A DNA stretch of 64,000 bases. It comes from an uncultured Eggerthellaceae bacterium (GTDB lineage: Bacteria > Actinomycetota > Coriobacteriia > Coriobacteriales > Eggerthellaceae). The position numbers and the translations under genes are program-made. Location: the NCBI GenBank assembly GCA_934668515.1, contig CAKUNS010000006.1:2201-66200 (forward strand). The letters run 5' to 3'. Positions 46,197 through 56,517 of this stretch are shown here, in pieces. Under the pieces are notes generated by a model. That model searched no databases. It was not told where the DNA came from and saw nothing but the letters and a program-made list of their open reading frames with translations. Position 1 is the first letter of the stretch. Each line of letters begins with the position of its first letter.

Positions 46197-46924
46197 GTTC
46201 TTTCAACGACGTACCCGCACGCGATCGAATCATCGTCGCACTTGACTGCCCCGCTGATCAGGCAATGCGCCTTGCAGACCAACTTTCAGGACGCGCAAAG
46301 TGGCTCAAAATCGGTATGACGCTGTATTACGCATGCGGTCCTACCATCATCCATGCAATGAAGAAGCTCGGATTCAATGTCTTTTTGGATCTGAAGCTTC
46401 ACGATATCCCACACCAGATTCGCGGCGCAGCCGCTTCTGCTGCTCGCGAGGGTGCGGATATGATCACCATGCACACGCTTGGCGGCAAGCAGATGTTGGT
46501 GGCCGGCCAGGAGGGCGTCGCCGAGGTGTGCCAGTCTGAAGGCCGCGAGAACACCATCACGCTTGGCATCACCGTTCTTACCAGCATGGACAACGAGGCT
46601 CTTGCTCAGGTGGGCATCTCGCGTACAGCCGCCGAGCAGGTTGACTTGCTTGCTAATGTGGCGAAGGAGTCCGGCATCTCCGGCGTCGTGGCATCCCCTC
46701 AGGAGGCCTCTATGCTTCGCAAGATCCTTGGTCCCGACGCCTACATCGTCACCCCTGGCGTTAGGCCCAAGGGTTCCGATAAGGGCGATCAGAGCCGTAT
46801 CGCAACTCCTGCCGAGGCGTTTGCCGCAGGCGCTTCCCATATCGTCATCGGTCGCCCGATTACCCAGGCCGACGATCCTGCAGCTGCATTCGATGCCATC
46901 GCCGCAGAGCTCGACGCACTGTAA
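46190..46924 (+). CDS. pyrF: Orotidine 5'-phosphate decarboxylase
   Basis: It has ..IIVALD.., ..FLDLKLHDIP.. and ..IVIGRPI... Confidence 0.92.
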   Translation: MLGSFNDVPARDRIIVALDCPADQAMRLADQLSGRAKWLKIGMTLYYACGPTIIHAMKKLGFNVFLDLKLHDIPHQIRGAAASAAREGADMITMHTLGGKQMLVAGQEGVAEVCQSEGRENTITLGITVLTSMDNEALAQVGISRTAAEQVDLLANVAKESGISGVVASPQEASMLRKILGPDAYIVTPGVRPKGSDKGDQSRIATPAEAFAAGASHIVIGRPITQADDPAAAFDAIAAELDAL

Positions 46925-46948
46925 ACAAACAAAAGCGCATCTTACCTA

Positions 46949-46990
46949 GAATCCCCGTATCAGCAGGTCTGAGCGGGGATTCTTGTGTGC
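46949..46990 (+). terminator. Possible terminator after pyrF
   Basis: GAATCCCCG..(16-nt loop)..CGGGGATTC, with only a weak T-tail (TTGTGTG). Confidence 0.4.
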
Positions 46991-47108
46991 GCGTGTTGAA
47001 ATTTTCGACAAAGCGGGAGAGCGCTATTGCGATTATGCTAAATTGACCAAGTCGAATCACCGCTCTTCAAGCGGTCATTCATCTAGATTGATTTTAAAGG
47101 AGCATTAC

Positions 47109-47417
47109 ATGGCAATTCCTCAACTTAGCGCTGAAGAGCGCAAGGCTGCCCTTGAAAAGGCCAAAGCTGCTCGTATCAAGCGTGCAGAGGTTCGCGATCA
47201 GCTTAAGAGCGGCGAGCTCTCCGTTAAAGACGTTCTTGCTCAGAAAGACGACCCCGTTGTCGGTCGTATGAAGGTTTCCACCCTTATCGAGACTCTGCCT
47301 GGTTATGGCAAAGCCAAGTCCGAGAAAATCATGAGCGAGCTCCAGATCGCCGAAAGCCGTCGTCTTCGCGGTCTTGGCGCCCGTCAGGAAGCCGCCCTCC
47401 TCGAGCGTTTGAGCTAG
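47109..47417 (+). CDS. mihF: Actinobacterial-type integration host factor (mIHF)
   Basis: MAIPQLSAEERKAALEKAKAAR....RMKVSTLIETLPGYGKAKSEKIMSELQIAESRRLRGLG.RQ..ALLE closely parallels mycobacterial mIHF. The ATG at 47109 follows AAAGGAG, and the gene sits upstream of gmk-rpoZ. Confidence 0.85.
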   Translation: MAIPQLSAEERKAALEKAKAARIKRAEVRDQLKSGELSVKDVLAQKDDPVVGRMKVSTLIETLPGYGKAKSEKIMSELQIAESRRLRGLGARQEAALLERLS

Positions 47418-47422
47418 TCTCT

Positions 47423-47995
47423 ATGCGACACGGAAATCTATTCGTGATATCCGGGCCATCAGGTGCTGGCAAAGGCACGCTGGTGGCTCGTCTTTTGAAA
47501 GCGGTTCCCGATTCCTGGGTTTCCATATCTGCAACCACGCGAGAACCTCGCGTGGGCGAGATCGACGGTGTTCACTATCATTTCATTTCGCGCAATGAGT
47601 TCGATACGCTCGCTGCCAATGGAGGATTGCTTGAATGGGCAACTTATTCAGGCAACAGCTACGGAACTCCGCGTGCATCCGTCGAGGAGCACATCGCTAA
47701 AGGCGACCAGGTGATTTTGGAAATCGAGGTCCAAGGGGCTATGCAGGTAAAGGAATGCATGCCCGAAGCTCATTTGATTTTCATCGAACCGCCTTCTATG
47801 AAAATTCTCGAAGAGCGTCTGAGGGGCAGGGGAACCGACTCGGAGGAGTCCATTCTGAAGCGCTTGGCCACCGCAGAGGTAGAGCTTTCGCGCAAGATGG
47901 AGTATGATATCCGTTTAGTGAATGACGACCTTGATCGAGCAACCGACGAACTGGTTGCTTATGTTAACGATTTCGCAGAAGGAATACGAGGTTAG
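47423..47995 (+). CDS. gmk: Guanylate kinase
   Basis: It has the P-loop ..ISGPSGAGKGTL.. and ..TTREPRVGEIDGVHYHF... Confidence 0.93.
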   Translation: MRHGNLFVISGPSGAGKGTLVARLLKAVPDSWVSISATTREPRVGEIDGVHYHFISRNEFDTLAANGGLLEWATYSGNSYGTPRASVEEHIAKGDQVILEIEVQGAMQVKECMPEAHLIFIEPPSMKILEERLRGRGTDSEESILKRLATAEVELSRKMEYDIRLVNDDLDRATDELVAYVNDFAEGIRG

Positions 47996-48000
47996 TAAAG

Positions 48001-48261
48001 ATGACTTTGATCGAACCCAAAATGGATAAGCTCCTTGATGAAACCGATAACGATCGTTTTCTTTTGTGCTCGCTCGCTTCCAAGCGCGCACATGACATCA
48101 ACGACATGATGCGTGGTCAGCGTGATCGCGCTATTCAGCTTCAGACCGCTGTCGACATCGCTCGCGCTTCTAAGAAGAAGCCCCTGAGCATTGCTTTCGC
48201 AGAGATCGCTCGTGGCGACGTCTCTTACGATCCCGAGTCCATCGACGTTAAGAATCACTAA
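48001..48261 (+). CDS. rpoZ: DNA-directed RNA polymerase omega subunit
   Basis: 86 aa with ..NDRFLLCSLASKRAHDIN... It holds the conserved position after gmk. Confidence 0.85.
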   Translation: MTLIEPKMDKLLDETDNDRFLLCSLASKRAHDINDMMRGQRDRAIQLQTAVDIARASKKKPLSIAFAEIARGDVSYDPESIDVKNH

Positions 48262-48267
48262 AATCGC

Positions 48268-49554
48268 ATGTCAGAGCATCATCAACGAATTTGTCTCGTT
48301 CATTATCACGAGATCGGCCTGAAGGGTCATAACCGTTCGAAATTCGAGATGCGTCTGTCTAAGAATATCGAGGCGCTCCTTGAGGGTTATCCGGTGGTCA
48401 CCATCCATCGAATCTCGGGGCGCCTCGTCGTGTTCCTGAAAGAAGGAACCGATCTTCAGACGGCACTCGAAGTTTCCAACGCCATGCTTGGCGTCCCTGG
48501 TGTTGCACGCATTTCCTGCGGCTATAAATGCGAACGCATTCTTGATGTGATGTGCAATGTGGCCATTAGCGCGCTTTCCGAAGTCGAAGATTTCACCTCA
48601 TTCAAGGTGAACGCGCGGCGCAACCACACCGACTTCCAAACCAACTCCATGGAAATGAACCAGATCGTCGGTTCTGCTCTGTGCGAGGCGTTCCCCGATA
48701 AAAAGGTGAAGATGAAGAACCCCGATGTCACCGTTGGCGTCGAGGTGGTTCAAAATGCAGTCTTCATCTATGCTCGCAGCGAACGCGGCATCGGTGGCTT
48801 GCCCGTTGGCAGCTCGGGTAGGGTAGTCTCCTTGCTTTCCGGAGGTATCGACTCTCCTGTAGCCCTCTGGCGCATCGCTCGTCGCGGTGCCATCTGCATT
48901 GGTGTTCACTTCAGCGGACGCCCTCAAACGTCTGACGCAAGCGAATACCAGGTTGACGACATTGCTCGCGTTCTCGAGAAAACCGGCTGCATTGCCAGGG
49001 TTTACGTTGTGCCCTTCGGCGATTATCAGCGTGAGATCTCACTAAAAGTTCCACCTGCACTGCGTATCATCATGTACCGCCGCCTTATGTTCAGGGTTGC
49101 TGAGGAAATCGCACGTCGCGAGCATGCTGGCGCGCTCGTTACCGGTGAAAGTTTGGGGCAGGTTGCATCGCAGACGCTCGACAACATCATGGCAACCAAT
49201 GTTGTTGTAAGCCTCCCCGTTTTCAGGCCTCTTATTGGTACCGACAAACTCGAGATCATCGAGGATGCACAGAAGCTTGGCACATTCGAAATCTCTTCTC
49301 AGGATGCTCCTGATTGTTGCACTTTGTTCATGCCTCGAAATCCCGAGACCCATGCGAACTTGCAGGACGTTGAAGAAGCCGAAAAAGTTCTGCCCATTGA
49401 CGAATGGGTAAGCGTTATTGCAGATTCTGCCGAGGTCCACGATTATGCATGCCCATCTTACAAGCGCAAGCGTACTAAGACGGATCAAAGCAACCATGAT
49501 GAAGGTAACGCCTCAAGCGTAGAATGCCCTGAAAGGTTAACCATCCGGTCTTAA
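48268..49554 (+). CDS. thiI: tRNA 4-thiouridine(8) synthase / tRNA uracil 4-sulfurtransferase (no rhodanese domain)
   Basis: It has ..VHYHEIGLKGHNR.., a THUMP region and the PP-loop ..LLSGGIDSPVA... Confidence 0.9.
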   Translation: MSEHHQRICLVHYHEIGLKGHNRSKFEMRLSKNIEALLEGYPVVTIHRISGRLVVFLKEGTDLQTALEVSNAMLGVPGVARISCGYKCERILDVMCNVAISALSEVEDFTSFKVNARRNHTDFQTNSMEMNQIVGSALCEAFPDKKVKMKNPDVTVGVEVVQNAVFIYARSERGIGGLPVGSSGRVVSLLSGGIDSPVALWRIARRGAICIGVHFSGRPQTSDASEYQVDDIARVLEKTGCIARVYVVPFGDYQREISLKVPPALRIIMYRRLMFRVAEEIARREHAGALVTGESLGQVASQTLDNIMATNVVVSLPVFRPLIGTDKLEIIEDAQKLGTFEISSQDAPDCCTLFMPRNPETHANLQDVEEAEKVLPIDEWVSVIADSAEVHDYACPSYKRKRTKTDQSNHDEGNASSVECPERLTIRS

Positions 49555-49593
49555 GTTCAATGGCTTGTAACGACTAAACCTTTATATCGATTC

Positions 49594-49630
49594 AAATGGG
49601 GCGCGATTAGAATCGCGCCCCATTTTTTAT
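49594..49630 (+). terminator. Rho-independent terminator after thiI
   Basis: AAATGGGGCGCGA-TTAGAA-TCGCGCCCCATTT, followed by TTTAT. Confidence 0.8.
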
Positions 49631-49743
49631 TGCAACTTATTTCAATTCGTGTTGCTTCACCGATTGTTTTACGTAAACAGCTGTTGGATTCAGGTTATAT
49701 GGTTGTCAGATCTTCCAACTAGCCTCTTATCAAAAAGGAGGCA

Positions 49744-50436
49744 ATGATGGATTTTCACAACAAGCTTGAACTTGAAGACGTCAAGTCTTTTCTTACGCGC
49801 TTATGGCAACAAAAGAAGATGTCGATTGTCTCTTTCGGAATCGCTGTTGTTGTCATTCTCGGTGCCATGCTATTCGCGTTCGCACCAAGCAAGGACAATC
49901 AGTTGCACATCATGTCCACCGAAGAGCAGAAGTTAAACACAGAGGGCTCTTACAGCGACTCCTTAACCGAGGCTGCCCCGGAACGCACGATATTCGTCCA
50001 TGTTGCAGGCTCCGTTTCAGCTCCAGGATTGTATGAACTCGATGAAGGGGCTCGTGTAAATGACGCGATTAATATAGCCGGATGGTTTACAGATGAAGCC
50101 GATCAAACATCTTTGAATCTTGCTCGCACCCTAACTGATGGTGAGCAATTATTCGTACCCTCTAAAACCGGCGAGAGCAGCTCAGTAGCATCAAACGCAT
50201 CTATCAGCTTCGGTTCGAATTCGAACACATCTGGAACGGCCCCGAAAATCAATGTGAATCGCGCTAGCGAAGACGACCTGCAATCGATACCTGGAGTAGG
50301 CCCATCTTTGGCCGCGAAAATAATAAAAGACCGAGAAAACAATGGACCCTTCGCTTCCGTCGATGACCTTACTCGAGTTTCAGGCATTGGCGAAAAGAAG
50401 CTTGATTCCATGCGTGATTCCATCACCATCGGGTGA
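49744..50436 (+). CDS. comEA: ComEA-family DNA receptor (N-terminal membrane anchor, SLBB region, C-terminal tandem helix-hairpin-helix)
   Basis: ..INVNRASEDDLQSIPGVGPSLAAKIIKDRENNGPFASVDDLTRVSGIGEKKL.. is the ComEA HhH motif. An AGGAGG RBS is present, and 49747 is an alternative start. Confidence 0.8.
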   Translation: MMDFHNKLELEDVKSFLTRLWQQKKMSIVSFGIAVVVILGAMLFAFAPSKDNQLHIMSTEEQKLNTEGSYSDSLTEAAPERTIFVHVAGSVSAPGLYELDEGARVNDAINIAGWFTDEADQTSLNLARTLTDGEQLFVPSKTGESSSVASNASISFGSNSNTSGTAPKINVNRASEDDLQSIPGVGPSLAAKIIKDRENNGPFASVDDLTRVSGIGEKKLDSMRDSITIG

Positions 50437-50443
50437 ATCTTAG

Positions 50444-52807
50444 ATGAACGGTCATTGTCGCACTCGGGAAGTGCCCATCAGGCCGCTGCCGCCCCGGTTG
50501 TTTCTCTGTGGGTTGGTCTTTTGGGGAACAACTGCATTACTGATTATCACGCTTCGAACAGCAGAGCTGCCCTCACCGTTATTCCTTCAGGCTCTTTGCG
50601 CGGCGTGTTTGGTTGCGGCGGTTTTCTTCGTTGTAATGCAAAAGAGGCGCAGTAGTTTATGGCGCTTAATAATTTGCTTCTGTTTCCTTGGCATCGTTTT
50701 CGGGGTAGCACATGCAACAAGCATGACGTCAATTTCAAGCGAGCTGACGGCTTCAGCCATTACTGAAGGTACGCTCACTCTTAAAGAAGATGCTCGGGAG
50801 GGCCGATTCGGGAACCAGGCATTGTGCGATCTGGTCACATCAGATGGGAATCGCTATCGAGTATTAGCTCAATTCCCTCAATGGGTCGAGACTGATTGCG
50901 GTTTCCACTTTGGCGACTCATTCCAGGCTCACTTTAAAATCATCGATCCAGCCTTTAGCAAGTCTGATTCATGTTGGAAAAGGGGAGCAGTCGCGAAACT
51001 TCAGGTTGTCTCTTTTAAGCCGTCTGACCATATATCGCCATTTGATGGACTCTACACAATCAGAAACAACGCCATCAATACTTTTGAGAATTATTCCTCT
51101 CAGGAAGTTGAAAACGATTCCATTGCGCTTATGGAAGGTCTATCCTGCGGGTACCGTGTTCGGCTATTCGACAGCGATTTGTACTCATCCATCAAGCGTG
51201 ACGGTTTGGCTCATCTTGTTGCCATCTCTGGAGCTCACCTCGCAACAGTAACGACGATTATGATGGCTGGTCTCAATGCGATCAAGCTTCAACGTAAACT
51301 GGTTGTCTTCCTATTATCATCGGTCATCATTGCATATCTCGCCCTTTCGGCTTTTCCCATATCCGCAGTCAGATCGGCAATTATGAGCATCGTCGGAATC
51401 GCATCGGTTGTAAGTTCGCGTCGTTCTTCCTCGTTGAACTCCCTAGGGTTATGCATCATAGCCATTGTTTTATCTGACCCTGCAAGCTCACTATCGATTT
51501 CGCTGCTGCTGTCCTATGCGTCAACCGCCGGCATAGTCTTCTTTGCAAGCTATTTTCAATACGTTATAGACGCGATACTGCTCCCGCTTCCTCGATTTTT
51601 AAAAGAGACCCTGTCTTTAACTATTGCGGCAAATATCATCTGTATGCCCATTTCAGTTGCATTGTTCTCGCAACTCCCACTTGTGAGCGTTTTCGCAAAC
51701 ATGATCACCGCGCCCCTGTTCCCGGTTCTATGCGTTGCTTCGCTGGCTGTAGGCCTATCGGCAACTGTATTGCCATCAGCATTCGCGCCTCTTCTGACAA
51801 TCGCGATTCCCGTTTTCAACCTGTTCATTCGCATTGTTGAATTCGTCGCATCGATCCCTTACTCAAGCATTCCATTATCAATGCCTACTTGGGTGGGATT
51901 TTCCGTTTCACTTCTATCCTGTATTCTTCTTTGGATTACCTGGCCACACATTAAAGGCGGGTTATTAGCATTCTCGGTTTCAGTCTTCATGCTAATAGTT
52001 AGTGTTTCTCTTGGCATATTGACCGCTACTACGGGCACGAGGATCGTCATGCTTGATGTAGGGCAGGGCGACGCGATCTTATTGCAAAGTGAAGGTCGAA
52101 ATTTACTTATAGATACCGGCAATCAGGATTCAATGCTTCGAGAGGCACTCGCTAGAAATATGGTTTTCAAGCTTGACGGGGTCGTAATCAGCCACGCCGA
52201 CGACGACCACTACGGATCGCTATCTTCCTTAGCTTCCTATATTACTGTTGATCGCGTTTTGCTTGCTAGCGACACCGCTAATTGCCCGTGTGATTCATGC
52301 GAACAATTGCTGCAAAGCGCCGAAGCATGTTCACCCGAAATCGCGTATATGAAAATCGACGACAGAATTGAATTCGGAGACTTCTCGCTAAAGGTTGTCT
52401 GGCCGAGCGAATTCACAGACGAAGGGGGTAACACCGACAGCCTCTGCCTCGTTGCCGAAGCAGACGTGAACGACGACGGCATAGTCGATGCCTTGGCACT
52501 GTTCACGGGAGATGCGGAAATACAGAACCTCGAGGCAATCGCGAAGAAGGAGGATCTTTACGCCATCGACATCCTGAAGGTTCCTCACCATGGCTCAAAA
52601 ACAGGCACGAATGACAAAATCGCAACTCGACTTCAGCCGATAATTTCTTTGGTGAGTTGTGGTTCAAACAATAGATACGGCCATCCTCACAAGGAGGTAG
52701 TTGCGGCATTAACCGAAGCGGGTTCAACGATATATCGGACAGACGATCACGGGGACGTTTCATGCAAAATCGAAACAGACAGGTTGCTGATCACTACTCA
52801 AAGGTAG
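50444..52807 (+). CDS. comEC: DNA internalisation-related competence protein ComEC/Rec2 (polytopic channel plus C-terminal metallo-beta-lactamase domain)
   Basis: 787 aa. The central competence domain has ..GLAHLVAISGAHL... The C-terminal MBL region has ..MLDVGQGDAILL.., ..ISHADDDHYG.. and ..VPHHGS... Confidence 0.88.
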   Translation: MNGHCRTREVPIRPLPPRLFLCGLVFWGTTALLIITLRTAELPSPLFLQALCAACLVAAVFFVVMQKRRSSLWRLIICFCFLGIVFGVAHATSMTSISSELTASAITEGTLTLKEDAREGRFGNQALCDLVTSDGNRYRVLAQFPQWVETDCGFHFGDSFQAHFKIIDPAFSKSDSCWKRGAVAKLQVVSFKPSDHISPFDGLYTIRNNAINTFENYSSQEVENDSIALMEGLSCGYRVRLFDSDLYSSIKRDGLAHLVAISGAHLATVTTIMMAGLNAIKLQRKLVVFLLSSVIIAYLALSAFPISAVRSAIMSIVGIASVVSSRRSSSLNSLGLCIIAIVLSDPASSLSISLLLSYASTAGIVFFASYFQYVIDAILLPLPRFLKETLSLTIAANIICMPISVALFSQLPLVSVFANMITAPLFPVLCVASLAVGLSATVLPSAFAPLLTIAIPVFNLFIRIVEFVASIPYSSIPLSMPTWVGFSVSLLSCILLWITWPHIKGGLLAFSVSVFMLIVSVSLGILTATTGTRIVMLDVGQGDAILLQSEGRNLLIDTGNQDSMLREALARNMVFKLDGVVISHADDDHYGSLSSLASYITVDRVLLASDTANCPCDSCEQLLQSAEACSPEIAYMKIDDRIEFGDFSLKVVWPSEFTDEGGNTDSLCLVAEADVNDDGIVDALALFTGDAEIQNLEAIAKKEDLYAIDILKVPHHGSKTGTNDKIATRLQPIISLVSCGSNNRYGHPHKEVVAALTEAGSTIYRTDDHGDVSCKIETDRLLITTQR

Positions 52808-52816
52808 AATTTCTAT

Positions 52817-53785
52817 ATGGCAATTGATGGATTCATAAACGCATATCTTGCGGTTGGCGCGGACACACTGAAAAGACAGCGTGTAATCGAGCGTTTGCGC
52901 TCACGACTCGAAAAATTCGGTGACATTTCATTCAATAACGATGTCTTTCAAGGCGATAACGCTGATGGCACCGAGATAGTTGCCGCTTGCAATACGCTAC
53001 CGTTTGCCAGCGAAGTCAGACTCGTAGAGGTTCGCGATGCCGACAAATTGTCAAAAGCATCAACGGAAGCGCTTATCTCGTATCTGAGCGCTCCCTGCGA
53101 ATCAACCATCTTGATGCTTTCGGCCGAGAAGCTAGCTAAAAGCACACGCCTGTACAAAGCAGTTGCAAACCTTGGGAAGAATGCGATCATCGATTGCACG
53201 CCCATGAAAAAGCAGGAGCTCGCTAGCTCGCTTCGCTCCATGGCGGTCTCCCATGGTTTTACTATGACCCCAGGCGCTTGCGAAAAACTGCTCGAACTGG
53301 TTGGCGAAGATACGGTTCGCATTGACACCGAACTTAAGAAACTTGCTCTAGCCCACAACGGTAACGACCCTGTCACCGATAGCGAGGTTGCATCGCTGGT
53401 GGCCAGGACGAGTGAAGCGAAGCCGTGGGACCTTGTTGACGCTTTTGCAGCACGCAACCTTGCCCGGTGTTTCCATCTGCTTCCTCAACTTTCGCAGTCG
53501 TCTCCATTCTTCTTGCTTGCGCAATGTCAAACTCGTCTACGCGAGCTTCTTTGCACCAAAGCGCTCGAGCGACAGGGGAGAGCCCGCGATCTTGCAAGCG
53601 TTCTTGGGGTACCACCTTGGAAGGTAAAAAACCATGTACGCTGGGCTCGTACTTTTAGCGAGCAGCAACTGATCGAAGCGCTCATCTCGTCTCGCGACGC
53701 AGAAATGAAGATGAAAAGCGGTGCTGACCAGGTAAAGGTTTTCCAGGACTGGATGTGCGCTTCTATCGCACGTCGCATCCATTAA
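52817..53785 (+). CDS. holA: DNA polymerase III delta subunit
   Basis: 322 aa. It follows comEC, and the HolA-type N-terminal clamp-loader fold pattern is present (..LPFASEVRLVEVRDADKL..). Confidence 0.85.
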   Translation: MAIDGFINAYLAVGADTLKRQRVIERLRSRLEKFGDISFNNDVFQGDNADGTEIVAACNTLPFASEVRLVEVRDADKLSKASTEALISYLSAPCESTILMLSAEKLAKSTRLYKAVANLGKNAIIDCTPMKKQELASSLRSMAVSHGFTMTPGACEKLLELVGEDTVRIDTELKKLALAHNGNDPVTDSEVASLVARTSEAKPWDLVDAFAARNLARCFHLLPQLSQSSPFFLLAQCQTRLRELLCTKALERQGRARDLASVLGVPPWKVKNHVRWARTFSEQQLIEALISSRDAEMKMKSGADQVKVFQDWMCASIARRIH

Positions 53786-53815
53786 GCACACCTTATCCTT
53801 AACGATCGCATTGAA

Positions 53816-53852
53816 GCTAGGAGGCCGTCGATTCGTTCGACGGCCTCCTAGC
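53816..53852 (+). terminator. Long perfect hairpin after holA
   Basis: GCTAGGAGGCCGTCGA-TTCGT-TCGACGGCCTCCTAGC is a perfect 16-bp stem. The tail (TTGCTCGG) is poor. Confidence 0.55.
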
Positions 53853-53865
53853 TTGCTCGGCTGAC

Positions 53866-53900
53866 AAAAGAGAAGCGCCCCTGAGGTGGGACGCTTCTCT
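53866..53900 (-). terminator. Rho-independent terminator of rpsT (minus strand)
   Basis: On the minus strand, AGAGAAGCG..CGCTTCTCT is followed by TTTTG. It sits 40 nt after the rpsT stop. Confidence 0.6.
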
Positions 53901-53939
53901 TCTTGATATGCGGATGAACCCGTAGGTTCAAGAAAAAGC

Positions 53940-54431
53940 TTATTCAGCAGCTTCCTCGGTAGCAGCCTCAGCCTCTGCGGCAGCGGCGGCAGCCTTCTTC
54001 TCAGCAGCTGCCTTCTCGGCCTTCTGCTGCTCCTTGACGCGCTTCTGCTTCTCGACAGCAGCGGCAGCGTAAGCTTCCTTGCGGGCAGCCTTAGCGGCAG
54101 CCTTCTTGGAGCCGGTAGCCTCCTGCTTCTTAGCCTCGGGCTTCACATAAGCAGTGCGAACCTCATCGGTGACGATGGTGTTTGCAAGCTTCATAACGCC
54201 GCTCTTACGATTAGCGGCCTGGTTCTTGTGGATAACGCCCTTGGAAGCTGCCTTGTCGAGCAGACGGCAGGCGGCAAGTGCAGATGCGTATGCTTCTTCG
54301 GCATTGCCAGCAGCGACTGCTTCGCGGACGCGACGAATGCCGGTTTTCAGTTCAGACTTGACAGCGCGATTACGCATACGAGATTTCTCGTTGGTGATGA
54401 TGCGCTTCTTTTGACTCTTGATGTTTGCCAC
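53940..54431 (-). CDS. rpsT: 30S ribosomal protein S20 with a 77-aa Ala/Lys/Glu-rich C-terminal extension
   Basis: (V)[29 protein letters not shown].. is the canonical S20 N-terminus. The GTG at 54431 follows a GGAGGA RBS. The longer track ORF (to 54668) has no homology-like N-terminal sequence. Confidence 0.9.
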   Translation of the reverse strand: MANIKSQKKRIITNEKSRMRNRAVKSELKTGIRRVREAVAAGNAEEAYASALAACRLLDKAASKGVIHKNQAANRKSGVMKLANTIVTDEVRTAYVKPEAKKQEATGSKKAAAKAARKEAYAAAAVEKQKRVKEQQKAEKAAAEKKAAAAAAEAEAATEEAAE

Positions 54432-54638
54432 TCTTATCCTCCGTTGTAATATCTTGTTTCCAAACGAAAACCTGTAGATTTTAACATACAATACCAGCAT
54501 AAATGCAACTTGGCTTGGTAAAATAATCCGTACAGCACAAAACACGGATGATCCATGCCGATAATCGCACTGATTGCGGCATTGCATTACGCTGCAAACA
54601 CTATAGACCATATACGTCACGTAATGAAAGATGACTGA

Positions 54639-56465
54639 ATGAGCCAGAAGAACGCCATATCTGAGCACGATCCTTCGCGGATCAGGAACTTTTCAATCAT
54701 TGCGCACATCGATCATGGTAAATCCACGCTCTCCGATCGTATCCTCGAACAAACCGGCGCCGTGTCCGAACGAGACATGCGCGCACAGCTTCTAGATAGC
54801 ATGGACATCGAACGCGAACGTGGAATCACCATCAAAAGCCAAGCCGTTCGCGTCACGTATACCGCCGATGATGGCGAAACGTATGAGTTCAATCTCATCG
54901 ACACACCGGGTCACGTCGACTTCACGTACGAGGTAAGCCGCTCGCTTGCCGCATGCGACGGCGCCGTCCTGGTAGTCGACGCTACGCAGGGCGTCGAGGC
55001 CCAAACCGTTGCTAATGCCATGATGGCAATGAACGCCAATCTCGAAATCGTCCCGCTCATCAACAAAATCGATCTTCCCTCCGCCGAACCGGAACGCGTC
55101 AAAGCGGAAATCGAAGACGGTTTGGCCATCCCAGCCGAAGATGCGGTCCTTTGCTCTGCGAAAACGGGGGTGGGCGTTCACGACCTTCTTGAAGCCGTTG
55201 TGTACAACATTCCTGCGCCTCAGGGCAACGGAGACGCACCTCTCAGGGCCCTTATCTTCGACTCCTATTTCGACTCATATCGCGGCGTCATCGCCTTCGT
55301 GCGAATCGTCGATGGCAGCGTTCGCAAGGGCGATCAAATCATCATGATGGCAACAGGCACCAACGCCCTTGTCGAGGAAGTTGGCGCTCGCACGCCGAAG
55401 GAACAGCAACTTGACAGCCTGAACTACGGCGATGTCGGCTATATCGTCACTGGTTTGAAGGATGTTTCCGAAGTCAAGGTGGGCGACACCATCACCCTTA
55501 AATCACAGCCAGCAGATAAAGCTCTGCCCGGCTATCGCGACGTCAAGCCAATGGTATTTACCGGTTTGTACCCCATCGACTCAGATCAGTACGAGCAGCT
55601 GAAAGACGCCCTCGAAAAGCTGTCCCTCAATGATCCTGCCCTGATCTGGGAGCCAGAAACTTCTCACGCACTCGGATTCGGATTCCGAGTCGGATTCTTG
55701 GGCCTTTTGCACATGGAGGTCATCGAAGAGCGCCTCGAGCGCGAATTCGGCCTTAACCTGTTGTGCACGGCGCCCTCGGTCGAGTATCACGTCTTCAAAA
55801 CGAACAGGGAGATGATCTCCCTTCACTCGCCGCAAGAAATGCCCGATCCGGCCGAGATCGATCACGTCGAGGAGCCGTATCTCAAAGCTAAGATCCTTGT
55901 TCCGCCCGATTACGTCGGTGCTGTCATGGACCTGACCGTTTCGCGTCGCGGCACGTTCGTCACTATGAACTATTTGTCGCAGAACACAGTCGAAATGGTC
56001 TGGGAGATTCCCCTTAGCGAACTTATCATGGACTACTTCGACAAATTGAAGTCCAGCACCCGCGGCTATGCTTCGCTCGATTACGAATTCGACGGCTATA
56101 AACCTTCTCAGTTGGTGAAGCTCGACATCCTGCTTTCCGGCAAACCCGTCGATGCGCTTTCCTTCATCATTCACAAGGACAAGGCATACGAGCGCGGAAA
56201 AGTCCTAGCGCAGAAGCTCAAAGACATCATTCCGCGTCAGATGTTCGAGGTGCCCATCCAAGCAGCTGTTGGCGGTCGAATCCTTGCCCGCGAAACCGTC
56301 AAAGCGAAGCGCAAGGACGTTTTGGCCAAGTGCTACGGTGGCGATATCAGCCGCAAGCGCAAGCTTCTTGAAAATCAGAAGGACGGTAAGAAGCGCATGA
56401 AGAGCATCGGCAACGTCGATGTGCCCCAAGAAGCATTCATGGCCATCTTGAAGGTTGACGACTGA
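54639..56465 (+). CDS. lepA: Translation elongation factor 4
   Basis: ..[20 protein letters not shown].., DTPGHVDF and NKIDL are present, along with the LepA-specific C-terminal domain (..[29 protein letters not shown]). Confidence 0.95.
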   Translation: MSQKNAISEHDPSRIRNFSIIAHIDHGKSTLSDRILEQTGAVSERDMRAQLLDSMDIERERGITIKSQAVRVTYTADDGETYEFNLIDTPGHVDFTYEVSRSLAACDGAVLVVDATQGVEAQTVANAMMAMNANLEIVPLINKIDLPSAEPERVKAEIEDGLAIPAEDAVLCSAKTGVGVHDLLEAVVYNIPAPQGNGDAPLRALIFDSYFDSYRGVIAFVRIVDGSVRKGDQIIMMATGTNALVEEVGARTPKEQQLDSLNYGDVGYIVTGLKDVSEVKVGDTITLKSQPADKALPGYRDVKPMVFTGLYPIDSDQYEQLKDALEKLSLNDPALIWEPETSHALGFGFRVGFLGLLHMEVIEERLEREFGLNLLCTAPSVEYHVFKTNREMISLHSPQEMPDPAEIDHVEEPYLKAKILVPPDYVGAVMDLTVSRRGTFVTMNYLSQNTVEMVWEIPLSELIMDYFDKLKSSTRGYASLDYEFDGYKPSQLVKLDILLSGKPVDALSFIIHKDKAYERGKVLAQKLKDIIPRQMFEVPIQAAVGGRILARETVKAKRKDVLAKCYGGDISRKRKLLENQKDGKKRMKSIGNVDVPQEAFMAILKVDD

Positions 56466-56517
56466 TAAATCTTGACGCCTTTCAGCATCAAACGACACAA
56501 CGGAGAAACGACCAGCA

